From Comamonas sp. (GTDB lineage: Bacteria > Pseudomonadota > Gammaproteobacteria > Burkholderiales > Burkholderiaceae_C), in assembly GCA_040514115.1 (NCBI GenBank), contig JBEVDH010000044.1, positions 285 to 64,284 on the forward strand: 64,000 bases of DNA. The letters run 5' to 3'. The position numbers were made by a program, and so were the translations under genes. Positions 32,341 through 44,046 of this stretch are shown here, one piece after another (the stretch's first letter is position 1; the number at the start of each line of letters is the position of its first letter). The notes below the pieces were generated by a model. The model was not told the origin of the DNA. It ran no database searches and was given only the letters and a program-made list of their open reading frames with translations.

Positions 32341-34536
32341 ATGAGCCGTCCCGACCTGTCCTTTCTCCTGCGCAAAGACGACCCGCTGGGCTTGCACTCC
32401 CTGATGGGGCCGGACCCGGACGCGGCCGCGCCCCTTCCCTGGCCGCAGGAAGCGCCCGAGCCGCTGGTCGACGAGCCCCTGGCCGCGCTCGTGACCGAGC
32501 TGCGCAACTACCAGCACGAGCTCGAGATCCAGAACAAGGTGCTCGACTACAGCCAGGCCGTGGCCGAAAGCGCCTCCGAGCGCTTCGAAGCGCTGTTTTC
32601 CAGCATTCCGCTGCCGCTGCTGGTGCTCGACGAGCACGACATGGTGATCCAGGCCAACGCCATGGCCCACAGCGCGTTCCAGCCGACCGAGAACGACCGC
32701 ATCCTGGTGTCGTTCATGCCACTGGTCAACGAAAAGCATGCCGACCGCGTCTGCGAAGCCTTTCTCGAAGCACGCGACCGCGGCGGCAGCGAAGTCCACG
32801 AAGTGGTCTTCACCATCGGCGACGACGTCCACCTGTGCGGCGACCTGCACATCGCGTGCATCGAGATTCCGCAGAAAAAAGGCCCGCCCATCGCGCAGTT
32901 TCTCTGCGCCGTCGTGGACCAGGGTCCGCTGCTGGCCGAGCGGCGCGCGCTGCAGGAGCGCAACAATCAGCTGTTTGCCAGCGAGCGCCGGCTCGAGTCG
33001 GTGATCAATTCCAGCCTGGACGCGATCCTGTGCGTCGACAACGCGCAGCGCATCACGGTCTTCAACCCCACGGCCGCGGCGCTGTTCACCTGCGCGGCCG
33101 AAGATGCGCTGGGCAGCCCGCTCGAGCGCTTCCTGCCCGATGCGTCCAGCGCGCTGGGGCTGGCCGCGCTCACCACACAGGCCCAGCTCGGTGAAATGCA
33201 AGGCCGCACGGCCAGCGGCAAGCTGCTGGCCGTGGAGGTCAGCGTGGCCTTCGAGCAGTACGCGGGCGGCGAGACCACCACCACCGTGTTTGCGCGCGAC
33301 CTCAGCAGCCGCAAGAAGGCCGAGGCCCATCGCAGCGAGCTCGAAGCCCAGCTGCGCGAGTCGCACAAGATGCAGGCCGTGGGCACGATGGCCGGCGGCA
33401 TTGCGCACGACTTCAACAACATCGTCGGCGCGATCCTGGGCAACGTCGAGCTGGCGCGCGCCGACTGCCCGGTCAACTCGTCGCTGCTCGAGAGCCTGCA
33501 GGAAATCGAAAAAGCCGGGCGGCGCGCGCGCGATCTGGTGCGCCAGATCCTCACCTTCAGCCGCAACGAGCCGCCCCAGCGCTGCGCCGTGCAGGCCGCC
33601 GAAGTGATTCGCGACACCGAGCGCCTGCTGCGCGTGACGCTGCCGCCGGCCATTGCGCTGCACTCGCATATCGCGCCCCAGCTGCCCGCGCTGCTCGCCG
33701 ATGTGACCCAGGTCGAGCAGGCCCTGTTCAACCTGACCACCAATGCCGTGCATGCGATTGGCGATGCGCGCGGCATGGTGCAGGTGACCGCCAGCCTGGC
33801 GCCCGCGGACCAGCGCCTGAGCGACCGCCTGGGTCTGCCGCTGGCCAATTACATTGCACTGAGCGTGCAGGACAACGGCCCGGGCATGGACGCGGCAACG
33901 CAGCAGCGCATTTTCGAGCCCTTCTTCACCACCAAGCCGGTGGGCCAGGGCACGGGCCTGGGGCTGGCCGTGGTGCATGGCGTGATGCGCACCCATGGCG
34001 GCGCCGTCGATGTCTCCAGCACGCCTGGCGAGGGCAGCCGCTTCACGCTGTATTTTCCCGTCGCCAGCGGCTCGGCGCCGGTGCTACCCACGCCGGTCGA
34101 GCGCCGGCCGGCCCTGGCCGCTGCTGCCACGGCCGATGCTGCCATCGATCACGCACCGCGCCGACATGTAATGTATGTTGACGACGATCAGGCGCTGGTT
34201 TTCCTCGTGCAGCGCCTGCTGCGCCGGCGCGGATATGAGGTCAGCGGCTTCACCGACCCGCGCGAGGCCATGGCGGCGCTCGAGGCCGCACCGGCCAACT
34301 ACGACCTGGTGGTGACGGACTACAACATGCCGGGTTTTTGCGGCGTGGACCTGGTGCGCGCGACCATCGCCACCCGCCCCGACCTGCCCGTCGCGCTGGC
34401 CTCGGGCTATGTCACGGCCGAGATCGAGGCCCAGGCGCTGGCCGCGGGCGCCCGGGCGCTGATCCACAAGCCCAACGATGTCGAGGAGCTGTGCAGTACC
34501 GTCGACCGGCTGATGCACAGCGCCGCGCGCGACTGA
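32341..34536 (+). CDS. Cytoplasmic hybrid sensor histidine kinase (PAS-PAS-HisKA-HATPase-REC)
   Basis: AGGIAHDFNN H-box, DNGPGM, FFTTKPVGQGTGLGL, receiver VDDD...TDYNMP...KP. Confidence 0.9.
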   Translation: MSRPDLSFLLRKDDPLGLHSLMGPDPDAAAPLPWPQEAPEPLVDEPLAALVTELRNYQHELEIQNKVLDYSQAVAESASERFEALFSSIPLPLLVLDEHDMVIQANAMAHSAFQPTENDRILVSFMPLVNEKHADRVCEAFLEARDRGGSEVHEVVFTIGDDVHLCGDLHIACIEIPQKKGPPIAQFLCAVVDQGPLLAERRALQERNNQLFASERRLESVINSSLDAILCVDNAQRITVFNPTAAALFTCAAEDALGSPLERFLPDASSALGLAALTTQAQLGEMQGRTASGKLLAVEVSVAFEQYAGGETTTTVFARDLSSRKKAEAHRSELEAQLRESHKMQAVGTMAGGIAHDFNNIVGAILGNVELARADCPVNSSLLESLQEIEKAGRRARDLVRQILTFSRNEPPQRCAVQAAEVIRDTERLLRVTLPPAIALHSHIAPQLPALLADVTQVEQALFNLTTNAVHAIGDARGMVQVTASLAPADQRLSDRLGLPLANYIALSVQDNGPGMDAATQQRIFEPFFTTKPVGQGTGLGLAVVHGVMRTHGGAVDVSSTPGEGSRFTLYFPVASGSAPVLPTPVERRPALAAAATADAAIDHAPRRHVMYVDDDQALVFLVQRLLRRRGYEVSGFTDPREAMAALEAAPANYDLVVTDYNMPGFCGVDLVRATIATRPDLPVALASGYVTAEIEAQALAAGARALIHKPNDVEELCSTVDRLMHSAARD

Positions 34537-34540
34537 AGCC

Positions 34541-35185
34541 ATGCGCTGCATCGCCGCCGACGAAGACCTGCTGGTGCTGGAAAAGCCTTCTGGCCTGCTG
34601 TGTGTGCCCGGGCGCGGCGAGGACAAGCAGGACTGCCTGAGCGCGCGCGCGCAGGCCTTGTGGCCCGAAGCCCTGGTCGTGCACCGGCTGGACATGTCGA
34701 CCTCGGGGCTGGTGCTGATGGCGCGTTCCCCCGCGGTCCAGCGCCAGCTGGGCCTGGCCTTCGAGCAGCGCGCGATCCACAAGCGCTATGTGGCCATCGT
34801 CCACGGGCTGCTGCGGCCCGCGCCCGGCAATGCCGACGGCTGGCAGACCATCGACGCGCCGATTGCGGCCGACTGGCCGCGCCGGCCGCTGCGCATCATC
34901 GACCCCGCGGGCAAGCCCAGCCAGACGCGCTGGCGCGTGCTGGCGCACGAGCCGCCGCTGTGGCCGGGCTGCACGCGCGTCGAGCTCGAGCCGATCACCG
35001 GACGCACGCACCAGCTGCGCGTGCATATGGCGCACCTGGGCCACCCGATCCTGGGCGATGCGCTGTATGCCGGCGACGACATCGCCGCGCGCGCGCCGCG
35101 CCTGCTGCTGCATGCCCAGCAGCTGGGATTGGCCCATCCGCGCGCCAACGACTGGCGCGAATTCCACCTGCCTGCGGCGTTCTGA
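34541..35185 (+). CDS. RluA-family pseudouridine synthase
   Basis: EKPSGLL, VHRLDMSTSG, GRTHQLRVH, HPILGD. Confidence 0.92.
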   Translation: MRCIAADEDLLVLEKPSGLLCVPGRGEDKQDCLSARAQALWPEALVVHRLDMSTSGLVLMARSPAVQRQLGLAFEQRAIHKRYVAIVHGLLRPAPGNADGWQTIDAPIAADWPRRPLRIIDPAGKPSQTRWRVLAHEPPLWPGCTRVELEPITGRTHQLRVHMAHLGHPILGDALYAGDDIAARAPRLLLHAQQLGLAHPRANDWREFHLPAAF

Positions 35186-35350
35186 AACGGCCTGAAACAA
35201 CCGCGCGGCCCGCGTTCTCCTCTGAAAGCCGGCCATCCCCCGCGAATACCCTATTGCGGCCTTGGGCCCCTGGCATAAGCTGGAACCTCTCGATGCAACA
35301 CCCTCGCGGCTTGCCAATGCGCAGGCCCGAAGGCCCTCAAGGAGATCTCC

Positions 35351-36475
35351 ATGCACAAGCCTTTTCGCCTGTCTGTTCTCATTGCTTCGCTGGGCCTGGC
35401 TGCCACCAGCTTGCTGTCTGTGGTCCATGCGCAAAACATCCGCATCGCCATGGTCATCCCCACCACGGGGGCATTGACCCAGTATGGCGACATGGTCAAG
35501 GAGGGTGCCTCCACCGCCGTCGAGATGGTCAATGCCGCGGGCGGCGTCCATGGCAAGAAAATCGAGCTCGTGCCGGTCGACGACGCCTGCGAGCCCAAGC
35601 AGGGCCCGGTCGCTGCCAACCGCGTCGTCAATGCCAAGATCGGCTACGTCATCGGCCCGGTCTGCTCGGGCGCGGCGATTGCCGCGGTGCCGATCTACAA
35701 CAACGAAGGCGTGGTGGCCATCACGCCCTCGGCCACGTCGCCGGCGCTCACCGATGGCAAGAACTACCAGTTCATCTTCCGCACCATTGGCCGCGACGAC
35801 CAGCAGGGCCCGGCGGCCGCGAAGTTCATCATTGAAAAGGCCAAACCCAAGAAAGTGGCGGTGGTGCACGACAAGCAGTCCTATGGTCAGGGCATCGCGA
35901 CCTCGGTGCGCGACGTGCTGCAAAAAGCCGGCATCAACGTCGCGCTGTTCGAGGGCATCAACGCCGGCGACAGCGACTATTCGGCCGTCATCACCAAGCT
36001 CAAGAGCAACGGCGTGGACTTCGTCTACTACGGCGGCTACCACCCGGAGATGGGCTTGCTGCTGCGCCAGGCCGCCGAGCAGGGCCTGAAGGTGCGCATG
36101 ATGGGCCCTGAAGGCGTGGGCAACCCCGAGGTCAACGCCATTGCCGGCAACGCCGTGGAAGGCATGCTGGTGACCCTGCCCGCCGACTTTGCCTCCAACC
36201 CCAAGAACGCCGCGGTGGTCAAAGCCTTCCAGGACAAGAAGCGCAGCCCCTCCGGCGCCTTCCAGCTGACCTCGTACGCGGCGGTGCAGGTGCTGCTCGA
36301 CAGCATCAAGGCCGTGGGCGACAACCCCGCCAAGGTCGCCGACCATCTGCACAAGACGAACTTCGAGACCGCGCTCGGCACGGTGGGCTGGAACAAGCAG
36401 GGCGACCTCAAGGCCTTTGACTTCCAGGTCTTCGAATGGCACAAGGACGGCAGCAAGACGGCGGCAGTGAAGTAA
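35351..36475 (+). CDS. livK: Branched-chain amino acid ABC transporter binding protein
   Basis: DDACEPKQ, FRTIGRDDQQG, HDKQSYGQG, YYGGYHPEMG. Confidence 0.88.
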   Translation: MHKPFRLSVLIASLGLAATSLLSVVHAQNIRIAMVIPTTGALTQYGDMVKEGASTAVEMVNAAGGVHGKKIELVPVDDACEPKQGPVAANRVVNAKIGYVIGPVCSGAAIAAVPIYNNEGVVAITPSATSPALTDGKNYQFIFRTIGRDDQQGPAAAKFIIEKAKPKKVAVVHDKQSYGQGIATSVRDVLQKAGINVALFEGINAGDSDYSAVITKLKSNGVDFVYYGGYHPEMGLLLRQAAEQGLKVRMMGPEGVGNPEVNAIAGNAVEGMLVTLPADFASNPKNAAVVKAFQDKKRSPSGAFQLTSYAAVQVLLDSIKAVGDNPAKVADHLHKTNFETALGTVGWNKQGDLKAFDFQVFEWHKDGSKTAAVK

Positions 36476-36582
36476 CCCCGGCGCAGGCGTGCGCAAGTCA
36501 AGGATGGTGTGCGGCCCGGCTGCACACCATCTTTGTCGTAGATGCGGCGCACCCCGCCATTTCTCGCGGAAGGTGGTGACTG

Positions 36583-37511
<929 letters not shown>

Positions 37512-37512
<1 letters not shown>

Positions 37513-38777
37513 TGGCCGCTCCCACCTCTTCGCGCGACACGCTGCGCTTGAGCCTGCGCGACGCGCTGATTGCGACGGTACTGACCGCCCTGGTCACGGT
37601 GCCGATCTTCGGGCTGCATCTGGAGCGCGCCGGCATGCGCACCGTCATCGCGGCGCAGTGGGGAACCGTGGCCTGGGCCTGCGCGCTGGTGTTTGCGGTG
37701 CAGCTGCTGCGCCCCTGGCTGACGCGTGCCTTCGCTGGCGTGCCGCGGCTGCAGCGCCCGCAGCTACCCGCGGCCACAACGCGCCAGCGCCAGGGGGTCA
37801 TGCTGGCGGCACTGCTGATCGCCGTGTCATGGCCATTCTTCGCCGGCCGCAACGCGGTCGACATCGCCACGCTGGCCATGATCTACGTGATGCTGGGCCT
37901 GGGCCTGAATATCGTCGTGGGGTTCGCGGGCCTGCTCGACCTGGGCTTCGTGGGTTTCTATGCCGTCGGCGCCTATACCTATGCGCTGCTGTTCCACTGG
38001 GCCGGGTGGAGCTTCTGGGAAGCGCTGCCGCTGGCCGGCGCCGTGGCGGCGAGCTTTGGTTTCGTGCTGGGTTTTCCGGTGCTGCGGCTGCGCGGCGACT
38101 ACCTGGCGATCGTCACGCTGGGCTTTGGCGAAATCATCCGGCTGCTGCTGATCAACCTCACGAGCTTCACCGGCGGGCCCGATGGCATCTCGGGCATCCC
38201 CAAACCCACGGTGTTCGGGCTGCCGCTCACGCGCAGCCCGGCCAGCGAGGGCGGCACCACGTTCCACCAGTTCTTCGGTCTCGAGTTCCAGTCGCTGCAC
38301 ATGGTGATTGCGCTGTACCTGATGGCGCTCACGCTGGCGCTGGTCACGCTGTGGATTTCCAGCCGGCTGATCCGCATGCCCATCGGCCGTGCGTGGGAGG
38401 CGCTGCGCGAGGACGAGATCGCCAGCCGCTCGCTCGGCCTGCACCCGATGAAGATCAAGCTCTCGGCGTTCACGCTGGGCGCGATGTTCGCGGGCCTGGG
38501 CGGCGCCTTCTTTGCCGCGCGCCAGGGCATCGTCAACCCCGAATCCTTCACTTTCATCGAGTCGGCGCTGATCCTGGCGATTGTCGTGCTCGGCGGCATG
38601 GGCTCGCAGCTCGGCGTGATCATTGCCGCGATCTTGCTCACCGTGCTGCCGGAGCTGGCGCGCGAGTTTTCCGAATACCGGATGCTGATCTTCGGCCTGG
38701 TGATGATCCTGATGATGGTCTGGCGCCCGCAGGGCCTGCTGCCGATGAAGCGTCCGCATGTGGAGGTGGGCCCATGA
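37512..38777 (+). CDS. livM: Branched-chain amino acid ABC permease
   Basis: [34 protein letters not shown]. Confidence 0.93.
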
Positions 38778-39540
38778 GCTCGGCGCTGCTGGAGGTCGAG
38801 GCGCTGAGCATGCGCTTTGGCGGGCTGCTGGCCGTGGACGCGGTGGGCTTTGCGCTGCAGCCGCGCGAGGTGTTTGCGATCATCGGGCCCAACGGCGCGG
38901 GCAAGACCACGGTGTTCAACTGCATCAGCGGCTTCTACCAGCCCAGCGCCGGGCGCATCGCGCTGGGCGGCACCAGCATCGCGGGCCTGGGCAGCCACCA
39001 GGTGGCGCGCCGCGGCGTGGTGCGCACCTTCCAGAACGTGCGGCTGTTCAAGGCCATGACCGCGCTGGAAAACCTGCTGGTGGCGCAGCACCGCCAGATG
39101 CGCGCGTCGTTTCTCGCCGGGCTGTTCAATACGCCGGGCTACCGGCGCGCCGAGCAGCAGGCGCTCGACAACGCGCTGCACTGGCTCGACTACATGGGCC
39201 TGCGCGCCTATGCCAACCGGCCCGCGGGCAACCTGCCCTACGGCCACCAGCGCCGGCTCGAGATCGCGCGCTGCATGATCACCCGGCCCCAGGTGCTGAT
39301 GCTCGATGAACCGGCCGCCGGGCTCAACCCCCAGGAAAAGAAGGACCTGCAACGGATGATCGACACGCTGCGCCGCGAGCATGACGTGGCCGTGCTGCTG
39401 ATCGAGCACGACATGGGCCTGGTCATGGGGGTCTCGGAGCGCATCCTGGTGATGGAATACGGCAAGCCGATCGCCACCGGTACGCCCGAGGCGATACGCC
39501 GCGACGAACGGGTCATCAAGGCCTATCTGGGAGAGGCCTG

Positions 39541-39541
<1 letters not shown>
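38774..39541 (+). CDS. livG: Branched-chain amino acid ABC ATPase
   Basis: [29 protein letters not shown]; ATGA overlap with livM. Confidence 0.93.
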
Positions 39542-40251
<710 letters not shown>

Positions 40252-40274
40252 GGCCATCGATTTCTTGAGCGGCA

Positions 40275-40471
40275 CCCTTCGACAAAGGCATAGGCACAGG
40301 TGCAGTGGGGCTTGCCCGGACCGAACGGGGTGTCATCCGTTCGTCCTGAGCCTGTCGAAGGACGGACGGCCGGCTCTCGGAAAAGCCACGGTCATCCTTC
40401 TACAGGCCATTTTTCTGGAGCCGGCCGTCCATGGTTCGATCCTTCGACAAGCTAAGGATCACCACGAACGG
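40275..40471. repeat. REP-like hairpin repeat cluster C (inverted doublet)
   Basis: CCGTTCGTCCTGAGCCTGTCGAAGGA at 40337-40362; inner stem 40364-40376 / 40418-40430; nested unit 40430-40471 is the reverse complement of 17743-17784 with 1 mismatch. Confidence 0.82.
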
Positions 40472-40581
40472 TTAGAGACCTCTTCGTCCTGAACCTTTCG
40501 ACGACCCGAATGACGAACGCCGCAACACCCCATGCATCCACACCTACACCCCACCCTGCCGCACCCCATTACCATCTCCCC

Positions 40582-41340
40582 ATGACATCCCATCTCATTT
40601 TCCTTACCGGCGGCTCGCGTGGCATGGGCCTGGCCATGGCGCAGCAGTTGCTGCATCCCGACCACGAGCTGATTTGCCTGTCCCGCAACCGCAATGAAGC
40701 GCTGAACGAGACCGCTGCCGCGCGCGGCGCGCCGCTGCAGCAGTGGAGCGTGGACCTGGGCGCGCCGGCGCAAGCCGCGGCGCAGCTGGGCGAGTGGCTT
40801 CGGCAGCAGCCTTCGGGCCGGTATGCACAGGTCACGCTGATCAACAACGCGGGCGTGATGGCGCCCATTGCCCCGCTGTCGTCCCTTTCGTCCGAGGAGC
40901 TGTCGCCCGCGCTGCGCGTGGGCTTCGAGGCGCCGATGCTGCTCACCGCGGCTTTCCTTGGTGCCACCGAGCGTTGGCCCGCGGACCGCAAGGTGCTCAA
41001 CATCTCCTCGGGCCTGGGCCGGCGAGCCATGGCGTCGCAGGCGGCGTACTGCGCGGCCAAGGCCGGCATGGACCATTTCACGCGCTGCGTGGCGCTCGAG
41101 GAAGCGCTCAAGCCGCGCGGTGCAAAGCTGTGCTCGCTGGCGCCGGGCGTCATCGACACCGACATGCAGATCCAGCTGCGCAACGCCGATCCCGCGGCTT
41201 TTCCCGATCTGCAGCGCTTTGCCGATCTCAAGGCACAGGACCAGTTGTCCTCACCGGACGAGGCGGCGGCGCAGGTGCTGGCCTGGTTGCGGCGGGCGGA
41301 TTTCGGCGAGCAGGTGGTGGCGGATGTGCGTGCGGCTTGA
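40582..41340 (+). CDS. Short-chain dehydrogenase/reductase (sepiapterin/benzil reductase-like)
   Basis: TGGSRGMG, LINNAG, ISSG, YCAAK, PGVIDTDMQ. Confidence 0.9.
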   Translation: MTSHLIFLTGGSRGMGLAMAQQLLHPDHELICLSRNRNEALNETAAARGAPLQQWSVDLGAPAQAAAQLGEWLRQQPSGRYAQVTLINNAGVMAPIAPLSSLSSEELSPALRVGFEAPMLLTAAFLGATERWPADRKVLNISSGLGRRAMASQAAYCAAKAGMDHFTRCVALEEALKPRGAKLCSLAPGVIDTDMQIQLRNADPAAFPDLQRFADLKAQDQLSSPDEAAAQVLAWLRRADFGEQVVADVRAA

Positions 41341-41348
41341 GCCGTCCA

Positions 41349-41396
41349 TCCTTCGATCCTTCGATCCTTCGACAGGATCAGGATCAGGACGAACGG
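41349..41396. repeat. REP-like repeat D, multiply nested
   Basis: (TCCTTCGA)x3 CAGGA (TCAGGA)x2 CGAACGG. Confidence 0.8.
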
Positions 41397-41804
41397 TTGT
41401 CAGTGATCACTGTTCGATCAAGACAAGCAGGTGCAAAAGCCCGTTGACGTGGCCTGCTACCCCGTGCCTGCGCCCCCAGGGTAACGAAATGCAGTAAGCT
41501 CCTTCCCCTCAGCCCGCGTCCCGTGGGCCACACAGGGCAGCGCACCAGATCGGCGGCGCTGCCGGTGATCGCACAGCCGGCAACCCCGCTGTGCATGGCA
41601 CGGGCTGTGAGACGACGGGCCTTTGCGCCCTGGCGTCGCTCTACGACCTAGAGACAAACACCCATTGATGGCGGAAACACCCTCCCCGATCATCGAATCA
41701 GCCCATTTGCTTCAGCCAAGCGGCTTCAGCGCTCGACTGCCATCCGCAGTTGCGCGTGTGTGGCCCGCTGTTCCTTTCGATCCGTCCACGGAGTTTGTTG
41801 TTTC

Positions 41805-42785
41805 ATGTTTCGTCCCTTGATCACCGCCACTGTGATGGCCTGCACCTTCACTGCCAGCTTCAGCGCCATTGCCCAGGGCCCTGCCGACTATCCGAACAAG
41901 CCCGTGCGCATGGTCATTCCGTTTCCCCCGGGCGGCGGCACCGACATCCTCGCGCGCGTCGTTGCCAACAAGCTCACCGAAATCAGCAAGTGGACCGTCG
42001 TGCCCGAGAACAAGGCAGGTGCCGGCGGCACGATCGGCATCAGCGATATGGTCAAGGCCGCGCCCACGGGCTATGACATGGTCATGGGCCAGAAGGACAA
42101 TCTGGTGCTCGGCCCGTATCTGTACAAGAACCTGCCGTGGGACCCGCTGCGCGACCTGACGCCGGTCGCCCATGTGGCCTATACGCCGGTGGTCATCGCC
42201 ACCAGCGTGAACTCGCCCTACAAGACCGTGGCCGATGTCATTGCCGCGGCCAAGGCCAACCCCGGCAAGGTCACCTACGGCTCGCCCGGCAACGGCACCA
42301 GCATCCACATTGCCGGCGTGCTGCTGGAAAAGGCCGCCTCGGTGCAGCTGACCCATGTGCCCTACAAGGGCTCGAACCCGGCGCTGATGGATGCGCTGGC
42401 CGGCAACGTCGACCTGCTGGTGTCCTCCGTGCCCTCGGCCATTGCCCAGATCAAGGCCGGCAAGCTGCGCGCGCTGGCGGTGACTTCGGCCAAGCGTTCG
42501 ACCTCGCTGCCCGATGTGCCCACGCTGGCCGAAACCGGCATCAAGGGCTTTGATGTCAGCACCTGGTACGGGCTGTTCATGCCCGCCGGCACGCCCGCGG
42601 CCATCGTTGCCAAGGCCAATGCCGAAGTGAACCGTCTGCTGGCCATGCCCGACATCCGCGATGCCATCCTGGCCCAGGGCGCCGAGCCCCAGGCGATGAG
42701 CGTGGCCAACTTCGACCGGATGTTCAAGGCCGACTTCAAGGCGTCCAAGCAGATCGTCGAAGACTCGGGCGCGAAGATCCAGTAA
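41805..42785 (+). CDS. Bug/TctC tripartite tricarboxylate transporter binding protein
   Basis: YPNKPVRMVIPFPPGGGTD, ENKAGAGG, HVPYKG. Confidence 0.93.
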   Translation: MFRPLITATVMACTFTASFSAIAQGPADYPNKPVRMVIPFPPGGGTDILARVVANKLTEISKWTVVPENKAGAGGTIGISDMVKAAPTGYDMVMGQKDNLVLGPYLYKNLPWDPLRDLTPVAHVAYTPVVIATSVNSPYKTVADVIAAAKANPGKVTYGSPGNGTSIHIAGVLLEKAASVQLTHVPYKGSNPALMDALAGNVDLLVSSVPSAIAQIKAGKLRALAVTSAKRSTSLPDVPTLAETGIKGFDVSTWYGLFMPAGTPAAIVAKANAEVNRLLAMPDIRDAILAQGAEPQAMSVANFDRMFKADFKASKQIVEDSGAKIQ

Positions 42786-42808
42786 GGCGCCAGCCGTCTG
42801 CGCGCGCC

Positions 42809-42843
42809 AGCGCCCTGCCCCACGCGGGCCGGGCGCTTTTTTT
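42809..42843 (+). terminator. Rho-independent terminator
   Basis: AGCGCCCTGCCC-CACGC-GGGCCGGGCGCT followed by a T-run. Confidence 0.75.
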
Positions 42844-42851
42844 ATTGCTAA

Positions 42852-42987
42852 GAGCGCCTAACAGAAACCAACAAATCGAAGATTTGCGGTTGAGACGAGG
42901 CGCGGCCGGCCAGGCGCGGTGCCGCAGACAGTGCAAATAGCACGGCAAGCCAACGCAACGACGTCTCAAGGGTTCTGTTAGGCGCTC
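42852..42987. mobile_element. MITE, IS5-family (IS1031-subgroup-like), 136 bp
   Basis: Perfect 15-bp TIRs GAGCGCCTAACAGAA / TTCTGTTAGGCGCTC with TAA on both sides (42849-42851 and 42988-42990). Confidence 0.8.
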
Positions 42988-43898
42988 TAAAGCACGTCCG
43001 CAGGCGCCAGCTGCCGCTGCAGGAACTCCACGAAGGCATGCACCTTGCGCGAATGCCGGCGGTTGGGCAGATAGGCCGCATGGATGCTCACCTGCTGGTC
43101 CTGCGGGTTGATCGCGTAATCCGCAAAAAGCCGCTGCAGCCTTCCGGCGCGCAGGTCGTCCTCGACCAGCCAGTGCGCCAGCAGTGCAATGCCGCAGCCG
43201 CCAAGGACCGCTTCGCGCAGGATATCGGCATTGTTGGCCGCCATCCGCCCGTTGATCTGCACCTCCTGTACCTGCCCGGCGCGCAGGAATGACCAGCGCT
43301 GGGGCCCGGCCTGGTAGGCAAAGCGCAGGCATTCATGCAGACCCAGGTCCTCGGGCTTTGCCGGGGTTCCATGGCAGGCGAGGTACGCGGGGCTGGCCAC
43401 CACATGGCGCCAGTGCGCGGCCAGCGGGCGCACGATCAGCTGCGGCTGGTTCTCCGGCGTGCCGATGCGCACGGCCACATCGATACGCTCGGCGGCCAGA
43501 TCGACATAGGTATCGGACAGCACCAGCTCCAGTGACAGCCGCGGGTGCGCGCGCAGGAACCCGGCAATGTGCGGCCCCAGGCACAGCCGCCCGAAAGTCA
43601 CCGGCACCGACACGCGCAGCGGGCCCACGGCCTCGGCGCCGCCATCCGAGATGCTTGCGTCGGCTTCCTCCAGATCGGACAGCAGCCGCGTGACCTGCTC
43701 GAGATAGGCCGCGCCCGCATCGGTCAGCGCCACCCGGCGCGTCGAGCGGGTCAGCAGTGCCACACCGAGCGACGCCTCGAGACCGTCGATCAGCCGCGTC
43801 ACCGAGGAGGTCGCGACACCCTGGCGCTGGGCGGCTTTGGAAAAACCGCCGGTTTGTGCCACGTCCATGAAAGCGCGCAGCGCCTGCAGCTTGTCCAT
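42987..43898 (-). CDS. LysR-family regulator (CrgA/DmlR-like)
   Basis: MDKLQALRAF HTH, LLTRSTRRVALTDAG, DVAVRIG. Confidence 0.93.
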   Translation of the reverse strand: MDKLQALRAFMDVAQTGGFSKAAQRQGVATSSVTRLIDGLEASLGVALLTRSTRRVALTDAGAAYLEQVTRLLSDLEEADASISDGGAEAVGPLRVSVPVTFGRLCLGPHIAGFLRAHPRLSLELVLSDTYVDLAAERIDVAVRIGTPENQPQLIVRPLAAHWRHVVASPAYLACHGTPAKPEDLGLHECLRFAYQAGPQRWSFLRAGQVQEVQINGRMAANNADILREAVLGGCGIALLAHWLVEDDLRAGRLQRLFADYAINPQDQQVSIHAAYLPNRRHSRKVHAFVEFLQRQLAPADVL

Positions 43899-44046
43899 GC
43901 TTCATTTTTGCGTGATTCGCAACGCCGCGTTGCGCAACTCACATATTCATTTAATCGGACGCAAAGATTAATCTCTGCAGGTCGCCAAGGCAAGCCTCAC
44001 ACTTCGCTTCTGGCATCCATGCCGCCATTGCTTTCAGGATCACACC

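Noticed and set aside
41397-41804. 400-bp intergenic gap as an sRNA or small gene
   Set aside because: No convincing ORF, terminator or known RNA motif visible by eye.
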